A stretch of DNA of 64,000 nucleotides from an uncultured Bacilli bacterium. Lineage in GTDB: Bacteria; Bacillota_I; Bacilli_A; RF39; UBA660. Of the stretch, positions 1-9,300 are shown one piece after another. The position numbers were made by a program, and so were the translations under genes. The first letter of the stretch is position 1, and each line of letters opens with the position of its first letter. The notes under the pieces were generated by a model, which ran no database searches, was not told the origin of the DNA, and saw only the letters and a program-made list of their open reading frames with translations. The stretch spans positions 11,695-75,694 of the forward strand of contig CANQTT010000001.1 in assembly GCA_947626855.1 (NCBI GenBank), in the 5' to 3' direction.

Positions 1-5
1 TCTTT

Positions 6-1460
6 TTATAACTCTTTAGAATGGTTATAAGTTGAAATCGGTTCAAAAGAATTAACATACTCATTAAATTGTTTAAAACTCATTCCTTCAGGTATCTCAG
101 GAATCTCTGTTAATATTCTAATATCGTTTTCATGGAATCCACTTGTAATGTTTTTAATAGCACTTTCAACACTATGATATTTATGAATACCTCTCTTTAA
201 AAAATTAGAATGTTCAAAATGATACCAAGCATCTTGGTATTTAAATAATACAAAACAATGCATTCTTACTTCCTTATCAAAATTATCAGCAGTTTCATAT
301 CCTCTATGACAGTATAATTTTGTTTCTAATCCCATTTTATCAAAAAATAGTTTAATTAACTTGGCTTGTTCAATGCAAGTACCGATTCCTGTTTTTAATA
401 TTTCATGAATCGAACTAATTCGATAATTTTCTCTAAAACCTTTAAGGTTATTTAAATGTCTATTTCCTAATTTATCTATCCAACCATATTCAATATTGAT
501 GTCCATATAATCCATCAGTTCGGAGGCACTTTTTATCTCTTCAAAACGTAATTCATCTTTAAAGGAAACAATTTTAGAAGCATCTATAACATCTTTTTTC
601 AATTCTTCCTCTCTAGGATTTTCAACAAGCTGTTTTAAAAAATACACCATATCATAAATAGCAAGACGTTGAGATAGAAATAAAGTATTTATTAACTCAG
701 GATAATATTTTTCTATATATAATTTAATACTTGTATAATCACTTGAATTAGTATATTGTTCCGTTCCTTCACTCGCAAATTTCCACGGTTTTCTAATCAT
801 TCTAAATAAAATGCCTAATTCAAAATCTTTTGGGGCATATATTGAACGTTCAAAATCAATTAAAGTTATTTTCCCATCCTTATAAAATATATTATCAAAA
901 TGTAAATCATTATGTACCAATACGAAATGATCACTTTTTAAATATCTATCAAATTTTGCGTAAGCATAATCGATAAGTTGTAATTCATCTTCCGTAAAAA
1001 TAGAAAGTTCTTTAGCCTTTGCATATAATGATGCGAATTGTTTTTGCCAGTAATCAAGCCAATCATATTCTTGTCCGATATTGGAATGAAATTTTTTCAT
1101 GGCAGTACATAACTGTTTTATAATTTCCTCTCTTTGCTCTTCCGAAAAAGTATGCCATACATTATACAAAGAAACACCTTTTACTTTTTCTATAATTTCA
1201 TAAAAATAAGGAACTTCTCCTTTATCAGTACTTACATAATATAATTTAGGGATTAAATCATTGTTCTCATTTGCTCTATAAAAATCTATTTCTTTTTTAA
1301 AATTTTCTTCGTTGTGATAATCCGTACATATTTTAATTATGAAGGAATCATTGATACTATAAATCGTATTTGTAAAGCCAACAGGAATTCTTTTGATATC
1401 TAGATTTTCTCCCAATATTTTCCTATTTCTATTTATAATTAAATCAATAATTTCTTGCAT
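6..1460 (-). CDS. CotS/APH-family protein kinase-like phosphotransferase fused to a C-terminal transglutaminase-like (Cys-His-Asp) domain
   Basis: N-terminal two-thirds has phosphotransferase motifs HNDLHFDNI and LIDFE typical of the CotS/CotI/YtaA spore-coat kinase family. C-terminal ~130 aa has GTCIEQAKL (Cys), MHCFV (His) and Asp spacing typical of the transglutaminase-like superfamily. Adjacent to the cotJ operon. Confidence 0.55.
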   Translation of the reverse strand: MQEIIDLIINRNRKILGENLDIKRIPVGFTNTIYSINDSFIIKICTDYHNEENFKKEIDFYRANENNDLIPKLYYVSTDKGEVPYFYEIIEKVKGVSLYNVWHTFSEEQREEIIKQLCTAMKKFHSNIGQEYDWLDYWQKQFASLYAKAKELSIFTEDELQLIDYAYAKFDRYLKSDHFVLVHNDLHFDNIFYKDGKITLIDFERSIYAPKDFELGILFRMIRKPWKFASEGTEQYTNSSDYTSIKLYIEKYYPELINTLFLSQRLAIYDMVYFLKQLVENPREEELKKDVIDASKIVSFKDELRFEEIKSASELMDYMDINIEYGWIDKLGNRHLNNLKGFRENYRISSIHEILKTGIGTCIEQAKLIKLFFDKMGLETKLYCHRGYETADNFDKEVRMHCFVLFKYQDAWYHFEHSNFLKRGIHKYHSVESAIKNITSGFHENDIRILTEIPEIPEGMSFKQFNEYVNSFEPISTYNHSKEL

Positions 1461-1622
1461 AATTACTCCCCCAATCTGTATAATTGTATCACATTTTAAA
1501 GATTTATTGGTAGTAATATACTCTTTTCATTTTATCCTATTTCTGAAGAAAAAGAAAAAGCCCATAATAGCAAGCACTACGAACTTTTATCTTTAACACA
1601 AATATGTGCATAAAATTCATTA

Positions 1623-1699
1623 TGGGGCGGATATAGGGATTCGAACCCTAGCATAATGGAACCACAATCCACCGTGTTAACCCCTTCACCATATCCGCC
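1623..1699 (-). tRNA. tRNA-His (anticodon GUG) with encoded G-1 and CCA
   Basis: Reverse complement reads GGCGGATATGGTGAAGGGGTTAACACGGTGGATTGTGGTTCCATTATGCTAGGGTTCGAATCCCTATATCCGCCCCA. This folds as a cloverleaf with acceptor stem GCGGATA/TATCCGC, anticodon loop TTGTGGT (GTG) and T-loop GGTTCGAATCC. The extra 5' G is characteristic of tRNA-His. Confidence 0.85.
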
Positions 1700-1793
1700 A
1701 TGTACAAAAGTACATATATAATTATAACATAAAAAGAGAAAAAAGCAAGAGAACGAATAACGTATTTTCATATTTTTCATAAAATATATTGGG

Positions 1794-2159
1794 GTGTTTA
1801 GAATGTACAACAAACAAATAGAATTATTTGAGCCTTATCAAGGATTCATACGAGGAAATATGTTTCCAGAACTATTTGATCAATACGGTAAAATCTATGA
1901 TGTAAAACCCATGAACGAACAAGCAGAACTTTTAACTTATATCGATATCTTTGATTTTGCTCTTATCGATTTAAATTTATATTTAGATGTCTTTCCGGAG
2001 AATGCTAAAATGATTGAATTATATAATAATCTTCTACAAGAAAAAAAGATGATGATGAAAAAATATGAAGAAAGTTATGGTCCCCTCACTACTAACAGTG
2101 AGGCATTAAATACAGTGCCTTGGAGTTGGGATAATAATCCATGGCCATGGGAGGTGTAA
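1794..2159 (+). CDS. cotJB: Spore coat protein CotJB-like, with an N-terminal extension possibly CotJA-like
   Basis: LTYIDIFDFALIDLNLYLDVFPENAKMIELYN matches the CotJB family. It lies immediately upstream of, and 1 nt from, the CotJC Mn-catalase-like gene. N-terminal FEPYQGF...FPEL may correspond to CotJA. Confidence 0.6.
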   Translation: MFRMYNKQIELFEPYQGFIRGNMFPELFDQYGKIYDVKPMNEQAELLTYIDIFDFALIDLNLYLDVFPENAKMIELYNNLLQEKKMMMKKYEESYGPLTTNSEALNTVPWSWDNNPWPWEV

Positions 2160-2160
2160 G

Positions 2161-2742
2161 ATGTTTAAGTATGTAAAAAAATTAGAATATCCTGTTAATA
2201 TCCGCAAAAAAGATTTAAAGATGGCTAAATTATTATTATCACAATATGGTGGACCTAATGGAGAATGGGCTGCAGCTATGCGTTATTTAAATCAGAGATT
2301 TACCATGCCAGATGAAAGGGGAAAAGCACTTCTTACCGACATTGGAACAGAAGAAATGAATCATGTTGAAATGATTGCTGCTATGGTAGATCAACTAATG
2401 CAAGGAGCAATGCCTGATGAATTAGAAAAAGCAGGATTGAGTACACAATATGTGGAATATGACCATGCTCTTTTTCCAATGGATGCAAATGGAGTTCCTT
2501 ATACTTCTGCCTATATTGAAGCAACAGGAGACTATTTTGCCGATTTAGAAAGTGATATGGCTGCGGAACAACGGGCAAGAGTTACTTATGAAAATCTAAT
2601 CAATATTACCGAAGATCCTGACTTATTAGGACCGCTTTCCTTTTTAAGGCAAAGAGAAGTAGTTCACTATCGTAGATTCAAAGAATTAAAAGACTATTAT
2701 CATGAAAAATATAGTAAAAAAAATCAAAAAATGGATAGTTAA
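2161..2742 (+). CDS. cotJC: Spore coat protein CotJC (manganese catalase family)
   Basis: GPNGEWAAAMRYLNQRF and EEMNHVEMIAAMV are di-metal ligand motifs of the Mn-catalase/CotJC family. Length 193 aa. Operon partner of the CotJB-like gene. Confidence 0.8.
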   Translation: MFKYVKKLEYPVNIRKKDLKMAKLLLSQYGGPNGEWAAAMRYLNQRFTMPDERGKALLTDIGTEEMNHVEMIAAMVDQLMQGAMPDELEKAGLSTQYVEYDHALFPMDANGVPYTSAYIEATGDYFADLESDMAAEQRARVTYENLINITEDPDLLGPLSFLRQREVVHYRRFKELKDYYHEKYSKKNQKMDS

Positions 2743-2756
2743 TAGCTACCCATTTT

Positions 2757-3761
2757 TTATGCACTTTTTTGTTCATAATCTTTTTCTAATTTTGATACAT
2801 TTTCTAATAAAATACCAATTCCATCAATCGTCGCTGTTGCAGAATCAGCAGCAACTCTAACCGGAATATCCAACTCAAAAGATAATAATTTATCTAACCC
2901 ATTTAAAGAAGCACTACCTCCTACTAAGATAATTCCTTCTTTAGCGATATCCCCAGAAACTTCTGGATGAATTTCTTCCAACACTTCTTTAATAATATCA
3001 ATTAACTCATAGATATCTTCTTGAATGGCTTCTTTTAAATCTGTAGAACTAATCGTTATCGTATGTGGTAAGTTTGTTATTAAATCTTTACCACTCACTT
3101 CTACTTCTTTTTCTTTTTCAAAAAGAGAGCTTCCTTCTATCTTAATTTTTTCCGCTGTAGCATCCCCTATTAAAAGATGATATTTTTTCTTTAAATAACT
3201 AATAATTTGTTTATCAAATTTTTCTCCCGCAATATCGATAGAAATGCCTTTAATGATTTGATTGGAAGACAAAATGGCAAGGTTGGTTTGACCATGACCG
3301 ATGTCTATTATCATACTTGCTTTTCTCTTGTCCATATCCATTCCAGCTCCTAAGGCACTAGCTTTCATTCCATTTACTAAAATGGTAGATCGAGCTCCCA
3401 TTCTTTCCCCTATTTCTTGAAAAGCACTCATCTCTACCCCAGAGATTTCTTGGGGAACACTCATGACAATTTTTGGTTTAAAGAAAGATCTTTTGATAGA
3501 AGTTCTCTTCAAAAAATAATTCATTAATTTATCAGAAAGATCAAAATCAGCGATAATTCCTTTCCGAATAGGATGAACGATTTTTATCTTGTCTGGACAC
3601 TTTCCAAACATTTCCTTAGCTTGAGTTCCGTAAGCAACAACTTCTTTGGTCTCTACATCGATTGCTACCACACTAGGTTCTTTTAAAAGTAATCCCTGAT
3701 TTTTTTGAAAAATAGAGATGGAAGAGGTACCAATATCTACTCCAATAGCCTTTCCCAACAT
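2757..3761 (-). CDS. mbl: MreB/Mbl actin-like cell-shape protein
   Basis: GIDIGTSSISI phosphate-1 motif and LVGGSASL of the actin/MreB fold. Directly downstream of spoIIID as in B. subtilis spoIIID-mbl. Start is ambiguous: the ORF track uses GTG at 3773, an ATG lies at 3761. Confidence 0.75.
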   Translation of the reverse strand: MLGKAIGVDIGTSSISIFQKNQGLLLKEPSVVAIDVETKEVVAYGTQAKEMFGKCPDKIKIVHPIRKGIIADFDLSDKLMNYFLKRTSIKRSFFKPKIVMSVPQEISGVEMSAFQEIGERMGARSTILVNGMKASALGAGMDMDKRKASMIIDIGHGQTNLAILSSNQIIKGISIDIAGEKFDKQIISYLKKKYHLLIGDATAEKIKIEGSSLFEKEKEVEVSGKDLITNLPHTITISSTDLKEAIQEDIYELIDIIKEVLEEIHPEVSGDIAKEGIILVGGSASLNGLDKLLSFELDIPVRVAADSATATIDGIGILLENVSKLEKDYEQKSA

Positions 3762-3801
3762 AAAACCACCCACAGTATGAATTATTATACCATAACTCCC
3801 T

Positions 3802-4059
3802 TTAGTTTGTATCTAATTTCTCATACTTTTTACGCGTAGACTCTCCTCCACGGATATGTCTTACATTGGTATGATATTTTAAAATGTCTTCCACTTCTAA
3901 ATAAAGGCCTGGATTTAATGTTTCTAGTCTTTCATGTAAATCTTTATGAACTGTACTCTTCGATACTTTAAATACCCTAGAAATTGCTCGTATGGTATCT
4001 TTCGTTTGAATCATATACTTGGCTTCTAGTAGAACTCTTTGATTAATTTTTGAATTCAT
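3802..4059 (-). CDS. spoIIID: Stage III sporulation protein D (SpoIIID), mother-cell HTH transcription factor
   Basis: 85 aa. IRAISRVFKVSKSTVHKDLHERL helix-turn-helix is typical of SpoIIID. Conserved spoIIID-mbl neighbourhood. Confidence 0.8.
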   Translation of the reverse strand: MNSKINQRVLLEAKYMIQTKDTIRAISRVFKVSKSTVHKDLHERLETLNPGLYLEVEDILKYHTNVRHIRGGESTRKKYEKLDTN

Positions 4060-4098
4060 TTATCACCTCTACTACCAATATATGAAAAAAAAAGAGTA

Positions 4099-4719
4099 TT
4101 ATAATGTTTTATCATAATACTCTTCTGGATTTACAGAAATATTATCAATCATTAATTCAAAATATAAGTGAATTCCTAGTTCGCTATTCATAGTAGATTC
4201 CCCTGCTCTACCAATTAACATTCCTTTTGTTACCATATCTCCTTTTTTAACAGCGATATCAGTAATACTTTGATAGACTGTCTGCATATTAGAAGAATGT
4301 TTAATGGTTACTATATTTCCTAATAACGTATCTTCTTTCACATCAACCACTTCTCCATCCATAACTGCTATGGCATCAAAGGTTTCTCCATCCATAGAAT
4401 AACTTACGCCCGTACTCTGAATATAAGTGTCCTCATAATAAATAATAGAATTCTTTTGCTCCTCTGCAGAACCCCTGTAATCGTAATAATTTTGTGCGAT
4501 CTTTACATTGGCATTCGTATAAGGCCTTCCTATCGTAATAGATTGTTCACTAACAACTGGTAATTCAAATTCTTGCAAAATATTGTAAGCATGATTAGGT
4601 CCCATTATCGTTGCTATAGATGCACGATTAAAACTGGTTACTAGAAATCCTATTATTAATAAAATAACACCTGCTCCAATAACTACATAAACAACTGGTT
4701 TTGTTAAATATTCTTTCAT
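4099..4719 (-). CDS. Membrane-anchored degenerate LytM/M23 domain protein, SpoIIQ-like
   Basis: N-terminal TM helix. M23 fold ending GIHLYFEL (HxH degenerated to HxY). The YxxHxGxD motif is replaced by STGVSY (His to Ser) as in B. subtilis SpoIIQ. Located between spoIID and spoIIID. Confidence 0.55.
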   Translation of the reverse strand: MKEYLTKPVVYVVIGAGVILLIIGFLVTSFNRASIATIMGPNHAYNILQEFELPVVSEQSITIGRPYTNANVKIAQNYYDYRGSAEEQKNSIIYYEDTYIQSTGVSYSMDGETFDAIAVMDGEVVDVKEDTLLGNIVTIKHSSNMQTVYQSITDIAVKKGDMVTKGMLIGRAGESTMNSELGIHLYFELMIDNISVNPEEYYDKTL

Positions 4720-4764
4720 TTTCTCACCTCTATTAAAAGTGTGAGCATATTTCTTTTTTTTATA

Positions 4765-5682
4765 CTAATTTTTTATTTTTTTTAATTCTACACCCGTATA
4801 ATAATATTTTAATATCTCATCATAGCTATATCCTTCTTGAGCCATTCCTTCCGCACCATATTGACTCATTCCTACCCCATGACCATAACCTTTGGTAGAA
4901 ACAGTAACAGAATCCTTTTCTACATCAATAGAAAAAGCACTCGATCGAAGTCCAAGTAAAGAAGCGATTTCTTTTCCTGTATAAGTCTTTTCATTGATTT
5001 GAATTTCTTTAATTTTTCCAGCCTTAGTAGAATCGATGACGTTTACGGATATCTGACTGGTATTAGAAAGCTTTAACTTTTTTAAAAAGTCTTCCCTGGT
5101 AAAAATTTCTTCCTCTTGAAAGACAGGAGAAATTTTATCCCATTCGCTTTTAACGCTTCGTAAATACGGTACTTTTGACACAAATACATCTTCACTATTT
5201 TCCGTATATCCTGTACTAGTAGAAAAGAATAATGCTTCGGCTATTTTACCATTATAAACAATGTATTCATAAGAAGTAGAAGCTACTGCATCCACTATCT
5301 TTTGATAATACACATCATACTTATCTTTCCATTTCTGCTTTAGAGTATCCTGGTCTAAATAGACTTGATTTAAAACAGTATCAATAACATCATAATCATC
5401 TTTTCGATTCTTTAAAATTTGATACATCACATAACTTCTAGAAGCTACTGCTTGAGCTTTTAAAGCTTCTTCTTGAAAAGAAGCAGGCATTTCCCCTGCT
5501 ACTACCCCAATAACGTATTGTTCTAAAGGAACTTCGTCAATTTGACCTGTTTTAGATCGTAAGATTCTGACGATTGTATTCCTAGAAAATTGAAAAGTAC
5601 TTTCTTGTATTCGAAAAAAATACCAAATAATAATCGTAGGTATTACTATCATTAGAAAAGAAAAAAGTAGTACTTTTTTCAT
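4765..5682 (-). CDS. spoIID: Stage II sporulation protein D (SpoIID), cortex/septal peptidoglycan lytic transglycosylase
   Basis: SpoIID/LytB domain (YVIGVVAGEMPASF, AQAVASRSY, GYGHGVGMSQYGA). N-terminal signal anchor. Confidence 0.8.
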   Translation of the reverse strand: MKKVLLFSFLMIVIPTIIIWYFFRIQESTFQFSRNTIVRILRSKTGQIDEVPLEQYVIGVVAGEMPASFQEEALKAQAVASRSYVMYQILKNRKDDYDVIDTVLNQVYLDQDTLKQKWKDKYDVYYQKIVDAVASTSYEYIVYNGKIAEALFFSTSTGYTENSEDVFVSKVPYLRSVKSEWDKISPVFQEEEIFTREDFLKKLKLSNTSQISVNVIDSTKAGKIKEIQINEKTYTGKEIASLLGLRSSAFSIDVEKDSVTVSTKGYGHGVGMSQYGAEGMAQEGYSYDEILKYYYTGVELKKIKN

Positions 5683-5704
5683 GGATATCCTCCTTTAAAA
5701 ACTA

Positions 5705-5899
5705 CTACGTTAATTGCGAAAAATAAGCAAAATCATATAAAAAATTGGTTACAAAATAAGATAAGGCAAAACTCATCATTAAGTAAAAAATTTTTATCTG
5801 AAGTACTCTTCCTCTTTTAAAAAAAGATTCTATGCGGAGAGATTCTAATACCCAAATAGAAATAGGAAGAGTAACAATATATAATGCCATTTTAACCAT
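5705..5899 (-). CDS. Small hydrophobic hypothetical protein (64 aa)
   Basis: ORF only. Two predicted TM segments. Overlaps the rpiB stop by 8 nt. Confidence 0.25.
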   Translation of the reverse strand: MVKMALYIVTLPISIWVLESLRIESFFKRGRVLQIKIFYLMMSFALSYFVTNFLYDFAYFSQLT

Positions 5900-6329
5900 G
5901 ATAATGATCTACCTGCTCTCTTCTTCTAACATGTCTTTCTTCCATAGATGGAGAAGTACTAAAAAATGTCTTTAAAATATCTTTTAACTGTTCAACAGGA
6001 ATTCTAGAACCTATCGCAATGACATTGGCATCATTATCTTGTCTTGTTACTTGTGCCTCCCATACATCATTTACTTTGGCACACCTTACACCAGACACTT
6101 TATTACAAGCAATACTCATACCAATACCACTGCCACAGATTAATACTCCATAATCAATTTCTTTCGCAACGACTGCTTTTCCCACTTTAAAAGCATATTC
6201 TGGATAATCTACAGATTCTTCCGTATCTGTTCCATAATTAACAACAGTATATCCTAAACTTTTTAAATATTTTGTCAATTCTTGTTTTAAAGCAACTCCA
6301 CGATGATCATTTGCAATTCCTATTTTCAT
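5892..6329 (-). CDS. rpiB: Ribose-5-phosphate isomerase B (RpiB/LacAB family)
   Basis: MKIGIANDHRGVALK...ICGSGIGMSIACNK are RpiB family motifs. 145 aa. Confidence 0.8.
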   Translation of the reverse strand: MKIGIANDHRGVALKQELTKYLKSLGYTVVNYGTDTEESVDYPEYAFKVGKAVVAKEIDYGVLICGSGIGMSIACNKVSGVRCAKVNDVWEAQVTRQDNDANVIAIGSRIPVEQLKDILKTFFSTSPSMEERHVRRREQVDHYHG

Positions 6330-6390
6330 TTCACACCTCTACTCTCTATTATAGCACAAAAAGAGCAAATCCTTTCAGATTTGCTTCCTT

Positions 6391-9300
6391 TTAATAATCA
6401 GATTGAACCAATAAAACTTGATTTAATGTTGTGTTGCCATATTTAAAACTATATTGGTAATTATAACCACCTAAGTTTCTAAAATCAATTCTTTTTGTTC
6501 TTGAAACTTCAATATATCTAGATTTTCCAGGATAGTTATTATCGTATATTTCAAAATAAAGTTTGTTACTATCTTGATTATCTACGAGAACTCTAATGAG
6601 ATTTACGGCATGACCGCTCTCTTCCTCTTCTTCCTCTCCTTCTTCATTTTCTTTAACACTTGTATAATAGTATCCTAAAACAACTGGATTTTTTTCTTGA
6701 ATTTTTTGAATTGCTCTTTGATAAATATTTTCAGAATTTAAAGAAAATTCTGATTTGTTGTCATTATATTGTTCAATATGAAGTCTATAAATTACTTTCG
6801 CTAAATTCTCATCATCTGTTGCTTTATTATTAGCAATATTATTTAAATCTCCTATCATTGGATATTCTATTGTAATATTCTTCTTTTCATCGTAAATACT
6901 CGTTTTAATTTCTCCACCTAAATCAGCAATTTGTTTCCGATATTTCTCGCGAATTCTTAAAGAGCCATTTTCTGTTTCTTCCCAGAAATCACTAATATTT
7001 CCGTAATCGAAAAATATTTTAAATTCATCTGCTTGATAATCATATAAGCTACCTAAAGAACTTCTTAAGACAGAGCTTGAATTCAAAGAATAACCCGTTG
7101 AATGAAGTTTTTCAGGTGGAATATCATCAGTCATTTCTACAATATCCCCTAGGCTATTAGGTAAAACACCACGGTAGAAATAATTGGCAAGCATTGCAAT
7201 ACCATAGCAATTTCCATCTTGAGTATTAGTAGTAAGAAAGTTATGAAAAGGTAATCCATCTCTTTGTGGTAAGAATTTACTGTCATAGAGTACTGTACTA
7301 TCTGTTTTTCCATCACCATTGATATCTACTTGTCCGTGACTCATATCTACCAATAATTGGTCATAAACAGCCTCTAATACATTCGTTGAACCAGCATAAT
7401 AGAATCCACATCCTGTACCTTCAGAAATCTCTGTTAAAACATCTTTTTCTACATCGCCAAGTCCTATTACACAAACACGAACATTTTTTTCTTTGGCATT
7501 GTTAATGATTCTTGTAGCATTTGCTCCTAAATTTCCAGATGTATTAATTCCATCTGTCAATAAAACCATATAGTTATTATTTTCTGGATTTGGGAAACTA
7601 TCTATACCAGTATTTAATGCCTCAATAATATCAGTTCCATTTTCATTGTGTTCCATATCATGAATTTGATCAAGAGCATCCTCAATTAAAACTTTGTCCT
7701 TGGTAAACTCTGTATAAGAATAATAAGTTCCTGAAAATTCAGCTACACTGAATTTATAGGCTCCTTCTAATTTTTCTAAAAGTTTTTTAGATAAAGAGAC
7801 TCTTTTAAATTCAGAATCATTTCCTACTGCTCCAGTACTACTATTATGTCCCATTTCAATCATTTGCTCTTCTGAATACATAGAAACAGAATCATCAAGG
7901 GCGAAAAGGACATCCGTTTCTCCAATAAGATTAAATTTAAGAGCATCTCCTATAAAAAATCTTCCTGCACGATTTGTTGTTACTGTTAATGTCTTTGCAT
8001 TCGTATCTAATACAGCATCAATAGCACTTAATTCACCAGTTTCAATATCTTGTTCATATAGCGTTAAATTAGCTTCATTTAGTCCTTTTTCTTGCACTTC
8101 TTCTACTGAATAGTTAATAATGATTTGAGCATTGGATACCGTTCCTGATGGTGTAAAAGAATACATATTTCCTAGTAAGCCACGTGCACTGCCCATAGCA
8201 CTGTTTGGGTAAACATCAATTTCTGATTCGGTAATATTTCCTGTTCCAGTAACAGAAACATTCACATTATCCTTACTAACATTTGTCTCATGAGTAGATT
8301 CTCCATCTAAAATGCCATCTCCATCTGTATCTTCTACTAATGGATCTGTTTGTAAGAGTAATTCTGCTCCATCATTAAGACCATCTCCATCTGTATCTGC
8401 TTTTAGAGGGTCTGTTTTAATTTCTAATTCATAGGAATCATCCACACCATCTTTATCCGTATCAGCAAGATAAGGATTAGTTCCTAGTTCTTTTTCACGA
8501 CTGTTGATAATACCATCAAAATCTTCATCACCATTTGGATCGATATCTGGAACAGTTTCCATAAATTGAAAAGAAGCTATTTTATCTAGATTAATTACAC
8601 TGATTTCTTTTGTAATTGTTTTACCACTTGGAGATTTTGCCGTTATCGTATAAGTACCAGCATCTTCTGGTAAATTCCATGTAGCAACCTGGTCTTCTAC
8701 GGTTACTTCTCCAGCATCAACAATATAGGTAATATCTTTAATTTCTTTATCATTTTTACCAAATGCTTGAGCCTTTAAAGATATTTGACTAACAGCTGTA
8801 CAATCTACATCGTAATCACCAAAATCCTCAACCCAAGATAACTTTGTAAAATCATGGAAATGTTGATAAGCAAAATATCCTCCAACAGTCAAAACAATAA
8901 GGGCAAGGACTGCGATTTCCACATACCGAAATTTATAAATAAATTTCTTTACCTTTCTCATGAAATTATGGAAAGACTCCTCTACATCAATGGTTTTAAC
9001 CAAAGGAGCTTGCATCATACCTTGTTGAAAAGGTGTTGGTGCTCCACAAGTTCCACAGAATGGAGTATTTGGATCAATCTCACTTCCACAAGTTCCGCAG
9101 AAGAATTTTTTCTTCTCTGCAGGTTCTCCACAAACGCCACAAAAAATACTGCCTTCTTCTAATTCATTTCCACACTTGCCACAAAATCTTTTAGCAGGTG
9201 TTTCTTCTGATTCATCCTCTTTTTTTTCAACGGATTTCTTTTCTATCGTTTTCTTTGATTCCTTCAAAGAATCTTTTTTGTCTTTTTTTTCGGGAGTAAT

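Noticed and set aside
1700-1793. Sigma-E type promoter upstream of cotJ (TCATATT...CATAAAAT)
   Set aside because: The match to the sigma-E -35/-10 consensus and spacing is too loose to call from sequence alone.
1577-1813. 78-aa minus-strand ORF
   Set aside because: It completely overlaps the tRNA-His gene and its flanks. No RBS. Composition is typical of a spurious AT-rich ORF.
8166-8171. CACGTG core inside the 1014-aa gene as a fourth parS
   Set aside because: The flanks (AGCCACGTGCACTG) do not match the parS half-sites TGTTNCAC/GTGAAACA.
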